Notes: generated by a model not told the origin, from the letters alone. Counted from the stretch's first letter, positions 29,141-43,058 are shown. The stretch: 64,000 bases of DNA from an uncultured Acidobacteriota bacterium (GCA_963699175.1 OY969418.1:2205352-2269351); one strand, 5' to 3'. A program made the numbers and translations.

Positions 29141-31903
29141 TTACCGGGTTTCGCCCTTAGCCGCCTTCGCAAAATCGCCAGCCTTGATGATAGAGATTTT
29201 GGCCGGGTCAATGTGCTTGCGCAGCGCGACTACGATTTGTTCAGGCGCGAGCGCGGCGACTTTCTTCTCCAGCTCCGCGCTCCAAACCATCGTGCGTCCC
29301 AGGTAGGCATAATTCGCTAGCCTGCGCGCGAGCGATGGGTCTTGCGCGCGATCGGCTTCACGGGCTTGCAACAAGCCGGATTTGCCTGCCGCCACCTCTT
29401 CCGGCGTGAAGCCGTCTTTGAGCGCGCGCGCCATCTCTTCTTTGAGAGCAGCTTCGAGCTTCGCACCGTTCTGCGGCGCGTAGATCGCATAGGCCGTGAA
29501 GTTGCCAGCTTTGTCGAAGGTGCCTGCCGTGAGGTCAGAGCCGACGCCATAGCTCAAACCTTCCTTGCCGCGAATCCGTGCGGTCAGACGCGCGCTGAGG
29601 CCGCTGCCGCCGAGCATCCAGTTTGCCAGCATCAGTGCTGGATAATCCGGATCATCATCACGCAACGGCAGATTCACTCCGGCCAGCAAGATCGCATTGG
29701 TCTTGTCGGGCGTTTCGATGACTTTGTTGGCGGCGGCCACGTTATTGAATTTACTCACCAACCGTGCGTAAGGCAGCTTGCTCTGCCAGCCGTTGAACAA
29801 ATCGCCCGCGAGTTTGGCCACGGCTTTGTCGTCGAAGTCGCCGACGACTGCGAGTTCGCCCTGCTGTGCGCCGTAAAAATCGGCGTAGAACTTCTTCGCC
29901 TGATCGAGCGTGACGGCTTTGATCTCGGCCAGCGACTCTTCGAGCGTTGGCACATAGCGCGGATCGCCTTTCTGGTAGGGCGACAGGTGGCGCTGATAAG
30001 CATTGACGCCGAGCGCCTGTGGATCGCTCAGCCCTTGTTCAATCTCGGCGAGTTGCTCCTGTTTGAGTTGCTCAAACTCAGTCGCCGGGAACGCAGGCTC
30101 GCGCAGGATTTCCGCCACCAGCCTTAGAACGGCTGGCAGATTTTCGCGTGTCGTTTCAATCGAAGCTGTCGCCGCAGCGAACTCGCCAGCAACGCTGACG
30201 CGGGCTTTGAGCTTATCGAATTCGTCCTGAATCTGCTGGCGTGTATGTTTGGCCGTGCCGCGCATCAACAGCGCGCCCGCCATTGCGGCGGCGGTCGCTC
30301 TGTTTTGCAGCCCCTTCTCGTCGCCGAAGCGCAGCGTCAATTGCGCGACGACTGCGTTGCCGCGCGTCTTTTTCGGCAACAGAACGAGTTTCAACCCGCC
30401 AGTCGTGGTCGAACGCGTCGCCCGCGACTCGATGTTGGCAGGCGAGGGATCGAAGGCTTCGCCGACTGCAATCGCGGCATCGCCTTTGTAATCTTTGACC
30501 AGCGCCAACACGTCGGGCGTGGACGGGATTTCAGCGCGCTCGGGTTTCGGCGTCGGAACGAAAAGGCCGAGCGTGCGATTGGATTGTTTCAGATAGTTGG
30601 TGGCAACGCGCTGCACGTCTTCCGGCGTGAGCTTGCGCAGGCGGTCGCGGCTGATGAAGAGCAACCGCCAATCACCCTGCCCCATCCATTCGCTCAACTC
30701 AACGCCGACCTGATCGGACGAGTTGAGATTGAGTTCGATCTGTTTGAGCAGTTGCGCTCTGCCGCGCTCTACCTCTTCCTTCGTCACTGGATTTTTGGCG
30801 AGGTCTTCGACGATTTGCAGCATAGTGTCGCGCGCCGCGTCGAGCGAGTCTTCCTGGCGCACGGCAGCACCGACTAACAGCAGGCTGGGCTCGCCGAAGA
30901 TGAATGGGAAGTTGAAAACCTGACTGGCCTTCTTCGATTCGACCAGAGCTTTGTGCAGACGCCCAGAAGGTGTGTCGGCGAGGATTTGCATCAAGACGCG
31001 CGCGGCAGCGGCGTCAGGATGCGCGCCGCCAGGAATGTGATAACCGGCGGCGACAACTTGCACATCGCCAGTGCGCCGCAATGTGACGGCGCGCTCGCCA
31101 TCTTGTGCCGGCTCTTGGGTGTAAATCTTCGGCAACACGCGCGTGGGCTTGGGAATCCCGGCGAAGTTCTGATTGATGAGCGCGAGCGTCTTGGCTTCAT
31201 CAAAGCGACCTGCCACCAGCAACACGACGTTGTCGGGTTGATAGTAGCGACGGTAGAACGCTTGTAAGCGGTCAATCGGCACGTTCTCGATGTCTGCGCG
31301 CGCACCAATGGTGGATTTGCCGTAGTTGTGCCAGAGATAAGCAGTCGAGAAGATGCGTTCGAGCAGCACGTTGGGCGGGCTGTTTTCGCCCATCTCGAAT
31401 TCGTTGCGGACGACAGTCATCTCACTATCGAGGTCTTTCTTGGCAATGTCAGCGTTGACCAGCCGGTCGGCTTCCAGTTCAAGCGCCCACTTGAGATTGT
31501 CTTCGGTCGAAGTCAGGCTCTCGTAGTAGTTCGTGCGGTCATACCAGGTCGAGCCGTTGTAAGTCGCGCCACGCGATTCCATCTCTTTGGAGATCACCGC
31601 GTGGTTCTTCGAACCTTTGAACATCAGGTGTTCGAGTAAGTGGGCCATCCCGGTCTCGCCGTAATTCTCGTGCTTAGAGCCGACCAGAATGGTCATATTG
31701 ACCGTAACCGTTTGTTTGGATTGGTCAGGAAAGAGCAGCACGCGCAGGCCGTTGGGCAAGTGGTACTCAGTGATGCCTTCGACTGAGGCAATCCGCGTCA
31801 CGCCCGCGGGTAAAGCAGGCGCGTTTTGCGCAAGGGCATTCACCGCAGCAAGCAGCGCCAGTGAAAGCAGCGCAGTCATGCGCTTGAATTGTTGAGCTAA
31901 CAT
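29141..31903 (-). CDS. two-unit M16 family zinc peptidase (insulinase-like), secreted
   Basis: Signal peptide [26 protein letters not shown]. HxxEH motif [11 protein letters not shown]. 920 aa, consistent with a tandem M16 active plus inactive unit. Confidence 0.8.
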   Translation of the reverse strand: MLAQQFKRMTALLSLALLAAVNALAQNAPALPAGVTRIASVEGITEYHLPNGLRVLLFPDQSKQTVTVNMTILVGSKHENYGETGMAHLLEHLMFKGSKNHAVISKEMESRGATYNGSTWYDRTNYYESLTSTEDNLKWALELEADRLVNADIAKKDLDSEMTVVRNEFEMGENSPPNVLLERIFSTAYLWHNYGKSTIGARADIENVPIDRLQAFYRRYYQPDNVVLLVAGRFDEAKTLALINQNFAGIPKPTRVLPKIYTQEPAQDGERAVTLRRTGDVQVVAAGYHIPGGAHPDAAAARVLMQILADTPSGRLHKALVESKKASQVFNFPFIFGEPSLLLVGAAVRQEDSLDAARDTMLQIVEDLAKNPVTKEEVERGRAQLLKQIELNLNSSDQVGVELSEWMGQGDWRLLFISRDRLRKLTPEDVQRVATNYLKQSNRTLGLFVPTPKPERAEIPSTPDVLALVKDYKGDAAIAVGEAFDPSPANIESRATRSTTTGGLKLVLLPKKTRGNAVVAQLTLRFGDEKGLQNRATAAAMAGALLMRGTAKHTRQQIQDEFDKLKARVSVAGEFAAATASIETTRENLPAVLRLVAEILREPAFPATEFEQLKQEQLAEIEQGLSDPQALGVNAYQRHLSPYQKGDPRYVPTLEESLAEIKAVTLDQAKKFYADFYGAQQGELAVVGDFDDKAVAKLAGDLFNGWQSKLPYARLVSKFNNVAAANKVIETPDKTNAILLAGVNLPLRDDDPDYPALMLANWMLGGSGLSARLTARIRGKEGLSYGVGSDLTAGTFDKAGNFTAYAIYAPQNGAKLEAALKEEMARALKDGFTPEEVAAGKSGLLQAREADRAQDPSLARRLANYAYLGRTMVWSAELEKKVAALAPEQIVVALRKHIDPAKISIIKAGDFAKAAKGETR

Positions 31904-32033
31904 TGATTTGTCCTCCGAAAATGAAACTTGCTAGGAGTGCGTCAGGCAAAAACTTTATACGGCTGGAAATAAGAACGGGTTCCGAGCTACTTCAGCGCGG
32001 AACCCGTTTCAGCTTGAGTAAAGCTGCCTTCAT

Positions 32034-34277
32034 CTATTCGCCACGCACGTCCAGTTCACCTTCAATCAAATCTACTGAGAAGTTGTTGAAGGCTTTCCAC
32101 AGATTGGTAATCGGCAACTTGACCTTCTCGTCAATCGTGCGCTTCAGGAAGCGCGCGCCATAAGCCGGGCTGAAACCAAGCTCGACCACCTTGTCAATTG
32201 CCACCTCGCTGATGCGCAGCACCTTGCCCTGGCGCTCCATCTGTTGCCGTATGTTGCCCAGGTAAAGCAAGGCGATCTGTTTGACTTCGTCTTGCGTAAG
32301 CGGCGAGAAGACTACGATCTCGTCAATGCGGTTGCGGAACTCCGGCGAGAAGCGGTTTTCGGCAGCCTGGATGACGGCGCGTTTGATCTCTTCGACCTCG
32401 GCGGTCGTCTTGTTGCCGAAGCCGAGCGGTTTCATGTACTTCTTGAAATTATCGCTCCCCAGGTTGGAAGTCATGATGATGATCGCGTCGGACAAGTAGA
32501 CCTTCTTCCCGCGTCCGTCGGTCAGCCAGCCTTCATCGAAGGCTTGCAAAAACAGGTTGAGCAAGTAGGGCGAGGCTTTCTCGACTTCGTCCAGCAACAA
32601 GACGGTGTAGGGATTCTCGCGCAGCCGCTCGGTCAAAATGCCGCCGCGTTCGCTGCCGACGATACCGCGCGGCATGCCGATGAGCTTTTCGATGGCGACT
32701 GTGCCGTCGCTGTATTCGCTCATATCAATCCGCACCATCTTGTGCTCGTCGCCGAACATGGCTTCGGCCACGGCTTTGGCCAGTTCGGTCTTGCCGACAC
32801 CGGTCGGGCCTAAGAAGAGCAGCACGCCGTCAGGTTTGTAGAAGTTCTCTTTGAGCGGGCCTTTGTTCAAGCGCAGCCGTTGCGCGACGGCCCTAACCGC
32901 ATCTTTCTGGCCGATGACGCGGTGGCCTAATACATCTTCGAGACTTTTGAAACGATCCGAAGTGTCGCGGAAGATCAGGTCACGCGGGATGCGCGACTCT
33001 TGCGAGATCACATCAATGATGTGCTCCGGCTTGACCTGCATGATGCTCGGCTCGTTGATCTCGACTTTGACAGCAGCCGTGTCCAGCCAACCGATCACTT
33101 TGTCGGGCAGATGTAGGTTGCGGATGTAACGCGGCGCCATCTCCAACGCCGTGTCAATCGCGGCGTCGGTGATTTTGACCGAGTAGTTCTTTTCCAGCCG
33201 CGGGCGAACGCCATTCAAAATCTGGCGCGTTTCATTCAACGATGGTTCGTCTACTTTGACCAAGCGGAAGCGGCGCGCCAAGGCTTCGTCCTCAGCGATG
33301 TATTCTTTGTACTCGGTCATGGTGGTCGCGCCAATAATGCGCAGTTCGCCACGCGCGAGTGCGCCCTTGAACATGTTGGCCGCATCGCTCGAAGCGCCGA
33401 GCGCCGAACCAGCGCCAATAATCGTGTGCGCTTCGTCAACGAAGAGGATCAGGTCGGTGCGTTCTTTGACTTCGGCGATGATGCCTTGCAGCCGCTCTTC
33501 GAACATGCCGCGCAGCATTGTACCGGCAACGATGCCGGACATCTGCAACTGCACGATGTGGGAGTTACGTAACCGTGCGGGAACCTTCTCCGGTTCGAGT
33601 TCGATCAAGCGTGCGAGGCCTTCAACCACGGCGGTCTTGCCCACGCCCGGTTCACCGACGAGCATTGGTGAATTGGCGCGCTCGCGGTGGCAGAGGATTT
33701 CGATCATCTGCTGGATTTCGCCTTCGCGCCCGATGGTCGGCGGCAGCTTGTCCTGGCGCGCGAGTTTATTGAGTGACGTGCCGAAGTGTTTCAGGTAAGG
33801 CGGAAGCTCATACTTCTTCCGTTGTGATTCGCTCTGCTCTTCACGCGTGCGAATGCTGGACGAGATAGTGTCTACGGCCTCTTGCGGATTGACGCCGAGA
33901 CGCCGCAGGATTTCTGCTGGCACGCCTGCCGGATCGGAGAACAAGGAAACGAACAGATCGAAGGATTCGATCTGTTGCCGCCCCTGCTGGCGCGCGCGCC
34001 GGAGCGAACGATTGAAGAGATCGCGCGCCGTGTCAGTGATGTACATCTTCTTGCCGACATACTGGCGATTCTTCATCAATTCCTGTTCGAGCAGATGCAC
34101 AACGGCGCGTGGCTCGATGCCGACCGATTGCATGGCCTCGCCGAAGAGTTGACTCTCAATCTCGCCCAGCGCGGTGAAGATATGCTCGACCGAAAGATAG
34201 TTGTGATCTCGGCGACGCGATTCTTCGATGGCCCGGTAGATTACCTTCTGGCCTGTCTCAGAAAACTTGTCAGTCAT
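32034..34277 (-). CDS. Clp/Hsp100 AAA+ ATPase, ClpA/ClpC type (two AAA domains, short linker)
   Basis: Start at MTDKFSETGQKVIYRAIEESRRRDHNYLSVEHIFTAL (Clp_N). Walker [18 protein letters not shown] and [17 protein letters not shown]. No long ClpB-type middle domain. Confidence 0.8.
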   Translation of the reverse strand: MTDKFSETGQKVIYRAIEESRRRDHNYLSVEHIFTALGEIESQLFGEAMQSVGIEPRAVVHLLEQELMKNRQYVGKKMYITDTARDLFNRSLRRARQQGRQQIESFDLFVSLFSDPAGVPAEILRRLGVNPQEAVDTISSSIRTREEQSESQRKKYELPPYLKHFGTSLNKLARQDKLPPTIGREGEIQQMIEILCHRERANSPMLVGEPGVGKTAVVEGLARLIELEPEKVPARLRNSHIVQLQMSGIVAGTMLRGMFEERLQGIIAEVKERTDLILFVDEAHTIIGAGSALGASSDAANMFKGALARGELRIIGATTMTEYKEYIAEDEALARRFRLVKVDEPSLNETRQILNGVRPRLEKNYSVKITDAAIDTALEMAPRYIRNLHLPDKVIGWLDTAAVKVEINEPSIMQVKPEHIIDVISQESRIPRDLIFRDTSDRFKSLEDVLGHRVIGQKDAVRAVAQRLRLNKGPLKENFYKPDGVLLFLGPTGVGKTELAKAVAEAMFGDEHKMVRIDMSEYSDGTVAIEKLIGMPRGIVGSERGGILTERLRENPYTVLLLDEVEKASPYLLNLFLQAFDEGWLTDGRGKKVYLSDAIIIMTSNLGSDNFKKYMKPLGFGNKTTAEVEEIKRAVIQAAENRFSPEFRNRIDEIVVFSPLTQDEVKQIALLYLGNIRQQMERQGKVLRISEVAIDKVVELGFSPAYGARFLKRTIDEKVKLPITNLWKAFNNFSVDLIEGELDVRGE

Positions 34278-34489
34278 CGAACCTAAGTCAAACACAATGT
34301 TTTCCTCACTACGATAAGCCTGCATTCAGGCGTGTTGTCTACCATTCCTTCTCTTGCTCCTGCCTGTCACAGCCTGCAACTGGCAAAGTAGCGAAGTGGC
34401 TTATTAGTTGTCAACAGCCGCTGATTGGTTGCCGCTGGCTGGTGGTCGAAACTGCTTGCCGACAGCCAGCTAACAGCAACGAATTAAAG

Positions 34490-36112
<1,623 letters not shown>

Positions 36113-36222
36113 TCAATTGTATTTAGAAATCTGACGGGATGTTTTGCTGACCAACAAGAATCACTTTCTTCAGTCTGGCAATCCTGTCGAACTCAAAAAC
36201 TGCGTTGTTTGAAATGAACGGC

Positions 36223-36918
36223 TCAACCGGTTGACCGCCCGACACGCACACGCGCCGGACGCAACAGTTTGTCACCATACTTGTAGCCGGGCTGAAACTC
36301 TGCCACGACGTGATTGTCCTGCTCAGGTGGAACGGCCACGATTTCGACGGCTTCGTGAAATTCGGGATTGAACTCCTCTCCTTCGCTCGTCACCGGGGTC
36401 AGCCCGTGCTCGCGCATCTTGGCGTCAAACAAGCTAGCCGTTGCTTTGACGCCATCGAGCAAGGCGCGGAACTCAGGCTCTTTGGACTCAGCCCGTTCCG
36501 CCGCCCAGACGGCGCGCCGCAAGTTGTCTAGTGTATCGAGCAGGCTGGCGATGATGTCGCCCTTGGCGGTGTCCAACCGCTGATCGTAATTGCGTTGCAG
36601 CCGCTGGCGCATGCCGTCGGTTTCGGCCTGCATCTTTTTCTGCGCCTGATTGAATTTCTCGGATACTTCGCGCAGTGTACGCTCGGCCTCTTCGCGCTTG
36701 CGCTCAGCTTCGGCTACCCGTTCGAGTAGTTGCGCAACTTCTGGGGCCTCGGCTTTTGGTGTTTCAGCTTTCGCTTCCGGGCCGATTGGCTCACCTTCAG
36801 CCGTAAAGCGGCGCTTGTCAGTCACTCGCACTTCCGCACTCTCTTTATCTTCATCGGTATGATCTGCCGCCGCACTGCGCGCAGCCTGATTTTCTTTGCC
36901 ATTTGACATAGCTAACAA
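36223..36918 (-). CDS. grpE: nucleotide exchange factor GrpE
   Basis: Coiled-coil N-terminal half and a C-terminal GrpE core (...FNPEFHEAV...PGYKYGDKLLRPARVRV). Confidence 0.8.
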   Translation of the reverse strand: MLAMSNGKENQAARSAAADHTDEDKESAEVRVTDKRRFTAEGEPIGPEAKAETPKAEAPEVAQLLERVAEAERKREEAERTLREVSEKFNQAQKKMQAETDGMRQRLQRNYDQRLDTAKGDIIASLLDTLDNLRRAVWAAERAESKEPEFRALLDGVKATASLFDAKMREHGLTPVTSEGEEFNPEFHEAVEIVAVPPEQDNHVVAEFQPGYKYGDKLLRPARVRVGRSTG

Positions 36919-37072
36919 AAACCTTACCCCCCCATGTAAGATTGGTTGTTACTCCACTTCAATAACGAATAGGCAATCTATCATCGGCCACTATGGTTTG
37001 CAATAAGCCCCTTTGTCGCAAGAGGAGCGCAGTGCGCGCCGGTAATCACCGCCCTGCTCTTCCACTTTCGAC

Positions 37073-39676
37073 TCAACCGCGCGCCGCTACGCTTTGCTCC
37101 GGCACAAAGAGCATCTGCCCTTGCTCCAGATCACCTTTGACCACTAAGGTGTCGCCCGGCTTGATCTCACCACTTAGCAGCTTCATCGCCAGCGGGTTTT
37201 GGATCAGCCCTTGAATCGCCCGCTTCAAGGGACGTGCGCCAAAGACCGGGTCGTAACCCTCGTGTGCCAGCACTTCTTCCGCCGATGGGTCGAGCACCAG
37301 CGTAACCTTGCGGTCAGCCAACAATTTGCGCAACGCTTCGAGTTGAATCTTGATGATTTCCCGCAATTGCTCCAAACCCAACTGCCGGAAGATGATGACC
37401 TCGTCAACCCGGTTCAGGAACTCAGGCTTGAAGTGCCCGCGCAAACGTTCCATTACGCTCTCCTGCATCGCCTCCTCGTCGCCTTCCCACTCCTGAATCT
37501 CGCGCGAGCCGAGGTTCGAGGTCATAATAATGACGGTGTTTTTGAAATCCACCGTCCGCCCCTTGCCGTCGGTCAACCGCCCGTCGTCCAGGATTTGCAA
37601 CAGGATGTTGAAGACGTCCGTGTGCGCCTTCTCGATCTCATCAAAAAGCACCACTGAGTAAGGCCGTCGCCTGACCGCCTCCGTCAGATAGCCGCCCTCG
37701 TCATAGCCGATGTAGCCCGGCGGCGCGCCGATCAAACGCGCGACCGAATGTTTCTCCATAAACTCCGACATATCCAGCCGCACCATCGAGTGCTCATCAT
37801 CAAAGAGGAACTCGGCCAACGCCCGCGCCGTTTCGGTCTTACCGACACCCGTCGGCCCCAGGAAGATGAACGAGCCGACCGGTCGCTTCGGGTCTTGCAA
37901 GCCCGCGCGCGCACGGCGCACAGCATTCGCCACCGCGATCAAAGCATCCTCTTGCCCAACTACACGCATGCCCAGCCGCTCTTCCATCTTGACCAGCTTC
38001 TGCAACTCACCTTCGAGCATCTTCGAGACTGGCACACCCGTCCAGCGCGCCACAACCTCGGCCACGTCCTCTTCCGTGACTTCTTCTTTCAACGTGCGCC
38101 CCGCCTGTTGCAATTCGGCCAGTCGCGCTTGATCAGCCTCGAACTGTTTTTGCAACTCGGTCATCTGGCCGTAGCGAATCTCCGCCACCTTGCCGTAATC
38201 GCCTGCCCGCTCGAACTTCTCCGCTTCGACCTTCAGCGCCTCCATCTTCTCTTTCGCGCCCCGGATGCGCTCGATAACTTCTTTTTCAGATTGCCACTTG
38301 GCTTTCATAGCACCGGACTTCTCGCGCAGGTCAGCAATCTCTTTCTCGACCTTCGCCAGCCGTTCTTTCGAGACTACATCTTCCTCGCGCAATAGCGCCT
38401 GCCGTTCGATCTCGCGCTGGATGATCTCGCGCTCGACTTCATCAATCTCAGTTGGCAAAGAATCAATCTCAATGCGCAACTTCGACGCCGCCTCGTCAAT
38501 CAGGTCAATCGCCTTGTCCGGCAAAAACCTATCAGTGATGTAGCGCTGCGACAAAGTTGCCGCCGCCACAATCGCCGCGTCTTTGATGCGCACGCCGTGA
38601 TGCGTCTCGTACTTGTCTTTCAAGCCGCGCAAGATCGCAATCGTATCCTCCACGTTCGGCTCGCCAATGTAGACCTGCTGGAAGCGGCGCTCTAACGCTT
38701 TGTCCTTCTCGATGTACTTTTGATATTCGTTGAGCGTCGTCGCGCCCACACAGCGCAGTTCTCCGCGTGCCAGCGCAGGCTTCAACATATTCGACGCGTC
38801 CACTGCGCCTTCCGCAGCGCCCGCGCCCACCAGCGTGTGCAACTCGTCAATAAAGACGATGACCTGCCCCTGCGCCTTCTCGACTTCGCGCAAGAACGAT
38901 TTCAAGCGTTCCTCGAATTCGCCACGATACTTCGCGCCAGCGAGCATCGCACCCAAATCCATCGAAACTACCCGCTTGTTCTTCAAGGTTTCCGGCACGT
39001 CACCCGAGACGATGCGTTGGGCCAAGCCTTCGACAATCGCGGTCTTGCCCACGCCCGGCTCGCCGATCAGCACCGGATTGTTCTTCGTGCGCCGCGACAG
39101 GACTTGAATCGTGCGGCGAATCTCGTCATCGCGCCCGATCACCGGATCGAGCTTGCCCGCGCGCGCTAACTCGGTCAGGTCGCGCGAGTATTTCGCTATC
39201 GCTTGATACTGCTCTTCCGCGTTCTGCGACGTGACCCGCGCGCCCGCGCGCATCCCTTCGATTACCTTGAGCAAACCGTCGCGCGTCACGCCGTGCGCGC
39301 GCAGCAAGCGTCCCGCCTCCTGCTTGTCTTCGACCAGCGCCAGCAGCAGATGCTCAGTCGAGATAAACTCGTCCTTCAGCTTGTCGGCTTCCTTCTGCGC
39401 CTTGCCAAACACATCGGTCGTACGGTTGCTGTAATACCGCTGGCCGAAGCCGCTTACTTGTGGGAACTTCTTGATCGCCGCTTCGACTTCCGGCGCGAGC
39501 GTCTGCACGTTGACGCCGATCTTGCCCAACATCGGACGAGTCACGCCTTCTCCCTGTTCGATCAGCGCGGCCAACACGTGTTCCGGCTCGACCTGCTGGT
39601 GATTTTGCTTTTCGGCCAGGGCGACGGATGACTCAATCGCCTCCTGCGCTTTCAAGGTGAATTTATCTAACCTCAT
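37073..39676 (-). CDS. clpB: chaperone ClpB
   Basis: Start at [17 protein letters not shown] with GGAGGAG 5 nt upstream. Two AAA modules ([34 protein letters not shown]) separated by a long coiled-coil M-domain. Confidence 0.9.
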   Translation of the reverse strand: MRLDKFTLKAQEAIESSVALAEKQNHQQVEPEHVLAALIEQGEGVTRPMLGKIGVNVQTLAPEVEAAIKKFPQVSGFGQRYYSNRTTDVFGKAQKEADKLKDEFISTEHLLLALVEDKQEAGRLLRAHGVTRDGLLKVIEGMRAGARVTSQNAEEQYQAIAKYSRDLTELARAGKLDPVIGRDDEIRRTIQVLSRRTKNNPVLIGEPGVGKTAIVEGLAQRIVSGDVPETLKNKRVVSMDLGAMLAGAKYRGEFEERLKSFLREVEKAQGQVIVFIDELHTLVGAGAAEGAVDASNMLKPALARGELRCVGATTLNEYQKYIEKDKALERRFQQVYIGEPNVEDTIAILRGLKDKYETHHGVRIKDAAIVAAATLSQRYITDRFLPDKAIDLIDEAASKLRIEIDSLPTEIDEVEREIIQREIERQALLREEDVVSKERLAKVEKEIADLREKSGAMKAKWQSEKEVIERIRGAKEKMEALKVEAEKFERAGDYGKVAEIRYGQMTELQKQFEADQARLAELQQAGRTLKEEVTEEDVAEVVARWTGVPVSKMLEGELQKLVKMEERLGMRVVGQEDALIAVANAVRRARAGLQDPKRPVGSFIFLGPTGVGKTETARALAEFLFDDEHSMVRLDMSEFMEKHSVARLIGAPPGYIGYDEGGYLTEAVRRRPYSVVLFDEIEKAHTDVFNILLQILDDGRLTDGKGRTVDFKNTVIIMTSNLGSREIQEWEGDEEAMQESVMERLRGHFKPEFLNRVDEVIIFRQLGLEQLREIIKIQLEALRKLLADRKVTLVLDPSAEEVLAHEGYDPVFGARPLKRAIQGLIQNPLAMKLLSGEIKPGDTLVVKGDLEQGQMLFVPEQSVAARG

Positions 39677-39895
39677 CTCACTCCTCCTCAAACAAATGTA
39701 CTGGCAAATTTACTAGCAACCTTACTGGGCAACCTTACTGGGCAACCAGCGTTCGACCGTAAAAAGAAGCGGCCACGAATTGAACTGCACAAACACGAAC
39801 GATCTGGAGGACTCCCTAATCTTACGCTTCGTGCTCGCGCGTGCCAATTCGTGGCCGGGCTGCAAGGCAATCAATTTTGCTTGGCCAGCCGCCGC

Positions 39896-40384
39896 TTACG
39901 CGACTGTCGCTTTCGCCTGGTTGCCTTCAGTCTTGACGTTCACCCGAATCTCGCGCGCCTTAACTTCCTCGCGCTTCGGCAAGCTAACGTACAAGACGCC
40001 ATCCTTAAATTCAGCCCGCACATCTTCTACGTTGACCGTCGAAGGCAGCGTAAAGGTGCGCGTGAAGCTGCCGTAGTTGCGCTCGACGCGATGCCAGTTG
40101 TCCTCGCGCGTATCTTTCTCGAACTTGCGCTCGCCGCTCAGGGTAAGCTTGTAGTTCTCAATCGAGAGCTTAAAGTCTTCCGGCTTCACGCCCGGCAAAT
40201 CAGCTTCGAGCTTGATGGCATTTTGGTCTTCATAAATGTCCACGCTCGGCGACCACTTGCCGCTCAACAAGCCGTCTTCGAACTTCCCGAAGAAGCCCGG
40301 AAAGGCGCTGTTAAAAGCGCGATTGAAGTCTGTCTGCAAGCCACGCATTTCATTGAACGGATCACGTTTGACTATCCACGACAT
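39896..40384 (-). CDS. Hsp20/alpha-crystallin small heat-shock protein
   Basis: VDIYEDQNAIKLEADLPGVKPEDFKLSIENYKLTLSGER...GSFTRTFTLP...GVLYVSLPK alpha-crystallin domain. GGAGGT RBS. Confidence 0.85.
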   Translation of the reverse strand: MSWIVKRDPFNEMRGLQTDFNRAFNSAFPGFFGKFEDGLLSGKWSPSVDIYEDQNAIKLEADLPGVKPEDFKLSIENYKLTLSGERKFEKDTREDNWHRVERNYGSFTRTFTLPSTVNVEDVRAEFKDGVLYVSLPKREEVKAREIRVNVKTEGNQAKATVA

Positions 40385-41216
40385 AGTTGTTTTACCTCCG
40401 AAAGTTGACCTTTAGTTCTTCCTGCTTATTCCGACCAGCAATTTGATCGTTTGGCCTGCGTCCCGGTCGGTGAGCCGCACAGCCTTGCTGTCCTCCCAGA
40501 GCCTTCGGCTGAAATCGCCTCCTTGACCTCTCTGAAAGTTCTCCTCCTACCAACTCCTGCTTGATCATACATCTTTGTGCTCTTTTTTATATTTAGCTTA
40601 TGTGAGCACGTGCGCACTATAAAACTTGAGTGTATATCTGTCAAGAAGCCTTATATAATTTCTTTTTCCTGAATGAGACAGCAGTTTGCCTCTCTTTCAA
40701 CACCCTCTCTCTTGTTTGCGGTGTTCCCAATCCATACCCTGCCTATGTGAAAAACCGTTTGGCTAGCAATTCTCAATTTGATCGGCAAAGATAAAACCCC
40801 GCGTATCCGCTGACGAGCAAAGCTACGGTCAGCCATTGCCAGCGGGATAAGCGGGGTGATGCAGGGTCTGCAACTGCGTGGGGTGTGGGCCAAGTAGTGA
40901 CGTGTCTACTCGTAGTCTTCTGTGTTCTCTTCTTCGTCATCACCTTCCGGTTCATCATCCGGGCCGGTTACTGAGAAGATGAAAGCATGGTTGAAACGTG
41001 TATCCAGCGTTTGCTCTGTGTTGCTTAGCATAACTTCTCCTATTGGCAGTTTGGGAAGATGGAATCCAGTTCAATCTGCGGATTGACTGCATCCTCTACT
41101 GCATGAAAAGCGAGAGCGGTCTGACTACAAGCAGCTTAAGCAGCAATCAGCTTTGCCTAAATTCGCCGTTAAGAGCAAAACGTAAGGCTGAATTTGCAGC
41201 CGCGTAGTGGCGACCT

Positions 41217-41359
41217 GAATTTAGCCCGGTGTTTCAACGCCGGGAAAGATCAGCAGCAAGTCCCGCGTCGCGTCAGCGACGCCTGATTCAAGCGTCGCTG
41301 ACGCGACGCGGGACTTGCTGCTTGCACATACCGTGGGTTGAAAACCCACGGCTAAATTC
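41217..41359. repeat. 143-bp nested imperfect palindrome with a 31-bp perfect core stem
   Basis: Outer arms gaatttagcc / ggctaaattc. Inner hairpins cccggtgtttcaacgccggg and ccgtgggttgaaaacccacgg. Core agcagcaagtcccgcgtcgcgtcagcgacgc (41252-41282), loop ctgattcaa, then an exact reverse complement (41292-41322). Confidence 0.6.
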
Positions 41360-41657
41360 AACTGCCGCGACGCGGCAAAACGATTGAGCCTTACATTTTT
41401 ACCACTTCCCGCTTTGAAATTGGGCGGGCAAAGGCGCGCCGATTTTCGCGCGCTGCCGTTCAGCTTTTACCGCACGCCGAAAACATAATCCGCCGCTAAC
41501 ACAGACCTGACTTGACTTGAACATGGCTGCGCTATGTTCCAACCGAATGATCCGGCTGGTGGGCTGCAAGGCTTGTTCGGATGTGCAGTGACAAGCGCTG
41601 ATGGTCAGACACGTAGCACTAGCCGGATCAGTTGCCAACTCACTCACGAGATTACTT

Positions 41658-42461
41658 ATGACGACCTGGCTCCAAGCATCAATTCAAGCACCTCACCGTT
41701 TCTCGCTGAGCACGGCGGCGCTCGAAGTCAAACTCGCCACCTCGTTCGCGGAGTTTGACGCGGCCTTGCGGCTGCGCTTCGAGGTTTTCAATTTGGAACT
41801 GCAAGAGGGGCTGAGCGCGTCTTACGCGCGCGGCTACGATACGGATGCCTACGACGCTTGGTGCGACCATTTGATCGTCAAGGATGTGCTGAGTGACGCG
41901 GTGGTCGGCACCTATCGCCTGTTGCGCGGGAGCGTAGCGGCGCGCCAACTCGGCTTCTATTCGGAGAACGAGTTCGACTTGGATCAGTTGAAGCGCTTGC
42001 CGGGTGAGGTGTTAGAACTTGGCCGCTCCTGTGTCGCTCGCTCGCACCGATCGTTCGCCACGATCAATCTGCTCTGGAGCGCGCTTATGCAATACGCCGA
42101 ACAGCGCGGCATCCGCTATCTGTTCGGTTGCGCGAGTCTGCACTCGGCGGCGGCGGCAGAAGTCGAGCCGCTCTACGCCTATTTGCGCAAACATCATTTC
42201 GCGCCGGAAGAATGCCGCGTCCATCCGCTCGAAGCCTGTCGCATGCCGTTGCGCGAAACACTGGACGAACAATTTGACGAGCGCCTGGTGCGGCGCAAGC
42301 TGCCGCCCTTGTTGAAAGGTTATTTGCGCGCGGGTGCGCTGGTCTGTGGCGCGCCGGCTTTTGACGCGGAGTTCGGCACAGCGGACGTGCTCGTGCTGAT
42401 GCAGATGGAGCAGATGGCGACTCGCTATCAACAACATTACAGTGCGGAGGAGCGGTGTTGA
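41658..42461 (+). CDS. GNAT-family N-acyltransferase (OlsB / N-acyl amino acid synthase-like)
   Basis: Length ~268 aa. LPPLLKGYLRAGALVCGAPAFDAEFGTADVLVLM is the C-terminal pattern typical of the OlsB-like lipid N-acyltransferase family. From memory. Confidence 0.55.
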   Translation: MTTWLQASIQAPHRFSLSTAALEVKLATSFAEFDAALRLRFEVFNLELQEGLSASYARGYDTDAYDAWCDHLIVKDVLSDAVVGTYRLLRGSVAARQLGFYSENEFDLDQLKRLPGEVLELGRSCVARSHRSFATINLLWSALMQYAEQRGIRYLFGCASLHSAAAAEVEPLYAYLRKHHFAPEECRVHPLEACRMPLRETLDEQFDERLVRRKLPPLLKGYLRAGALVCGAPAFDAEFGTADVLVLMQMEQMATRYQQHYSAEERC

Positions 42462-42608
42462 GGCTGCGGGTGAGGTTGCTTTACTTCCCACAGTTCAAAC
42501 TTTACCTCAATTTTAAGCCGGTTTATCGCTAGCTTAACTTCTGCCGTTTATCCTCAGATTTACTTTTCAAGCATTACCCCAACAGTTACGAACAAGCTCT
42601 GGTCGCGG

Positions 42609-43058
42609 GTGAGCGAGTTCACCCGCTTGCCACGAGCATTGCTGTGTGCAGGAACGCGCTCCCTCCGGTGCGAGGAGTACGCAATGCTGGGAGAAGGTCC
42701 GATTTTTAGCGAGTATCCACTCAACAACACTGCACCGCGCAGTGAAGTTTACGACGATGGACGATTGCACATCGAATACGGCGGCTATTACGTCGAATGT
42801 GCCGGGCATCCCATCTATGACCTGACGCGCAAAGAATTTCTGGTGTTGGCACGCTTGGCGCGCGATGCCGGACGCGTCGTGAGCCACGAACAGCTTTGGA
42901 CTTTCGTGTGGGGCGCAGACCAGGCGTTCAATCACCGCACCATGCGCGTCCACGTTGCCAATTTGCGGCGCAAGCTTGCGCCTTACGGTGTGGAGATCAC
43001 GGTCGTAGTTCACATCGGCTATCGCTTACTGCGTGCAGAGTCACGCGCGCCCGAGTAG
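42609..43058 (+). CDS. stand-alone OmpR/PhoB-type winged-helix DNA-binding protein (no receiver domain)
   Basis: LTRKEFLVLARLARDAGRVVSHEQLWTFVWG...NHRTMRVHVANLRRKLAPYGVEI...GYRL matches trans_reg_C. True start uncertain. Confidence 0.55.
   Translation: MSEFTRLPRALLCAGTRSLRCEEYAMLGEGPIFSEYPLNNTAPRSEVYDDGRLHIEYGGYYVECAGHPIYDLTRKEFLVLARLARDAGRVVSHEQLWTFVWGADQAFNHRTMRVHVANLRRKLAPYGVEITVVVHIGYRLLRAESRAPE

Noticed and set aside
40580-40625. Possible CIRCE/HrcA operator upstream of hsp20
   Set aside because: Only an imperfect GTGAGCAC-GTGCGCAC palindrome is present. It does not match TTAGCACTC-N9-GAGTGCTAA. Kept as a weak candidate operator in a finding, not called as CIRCE.
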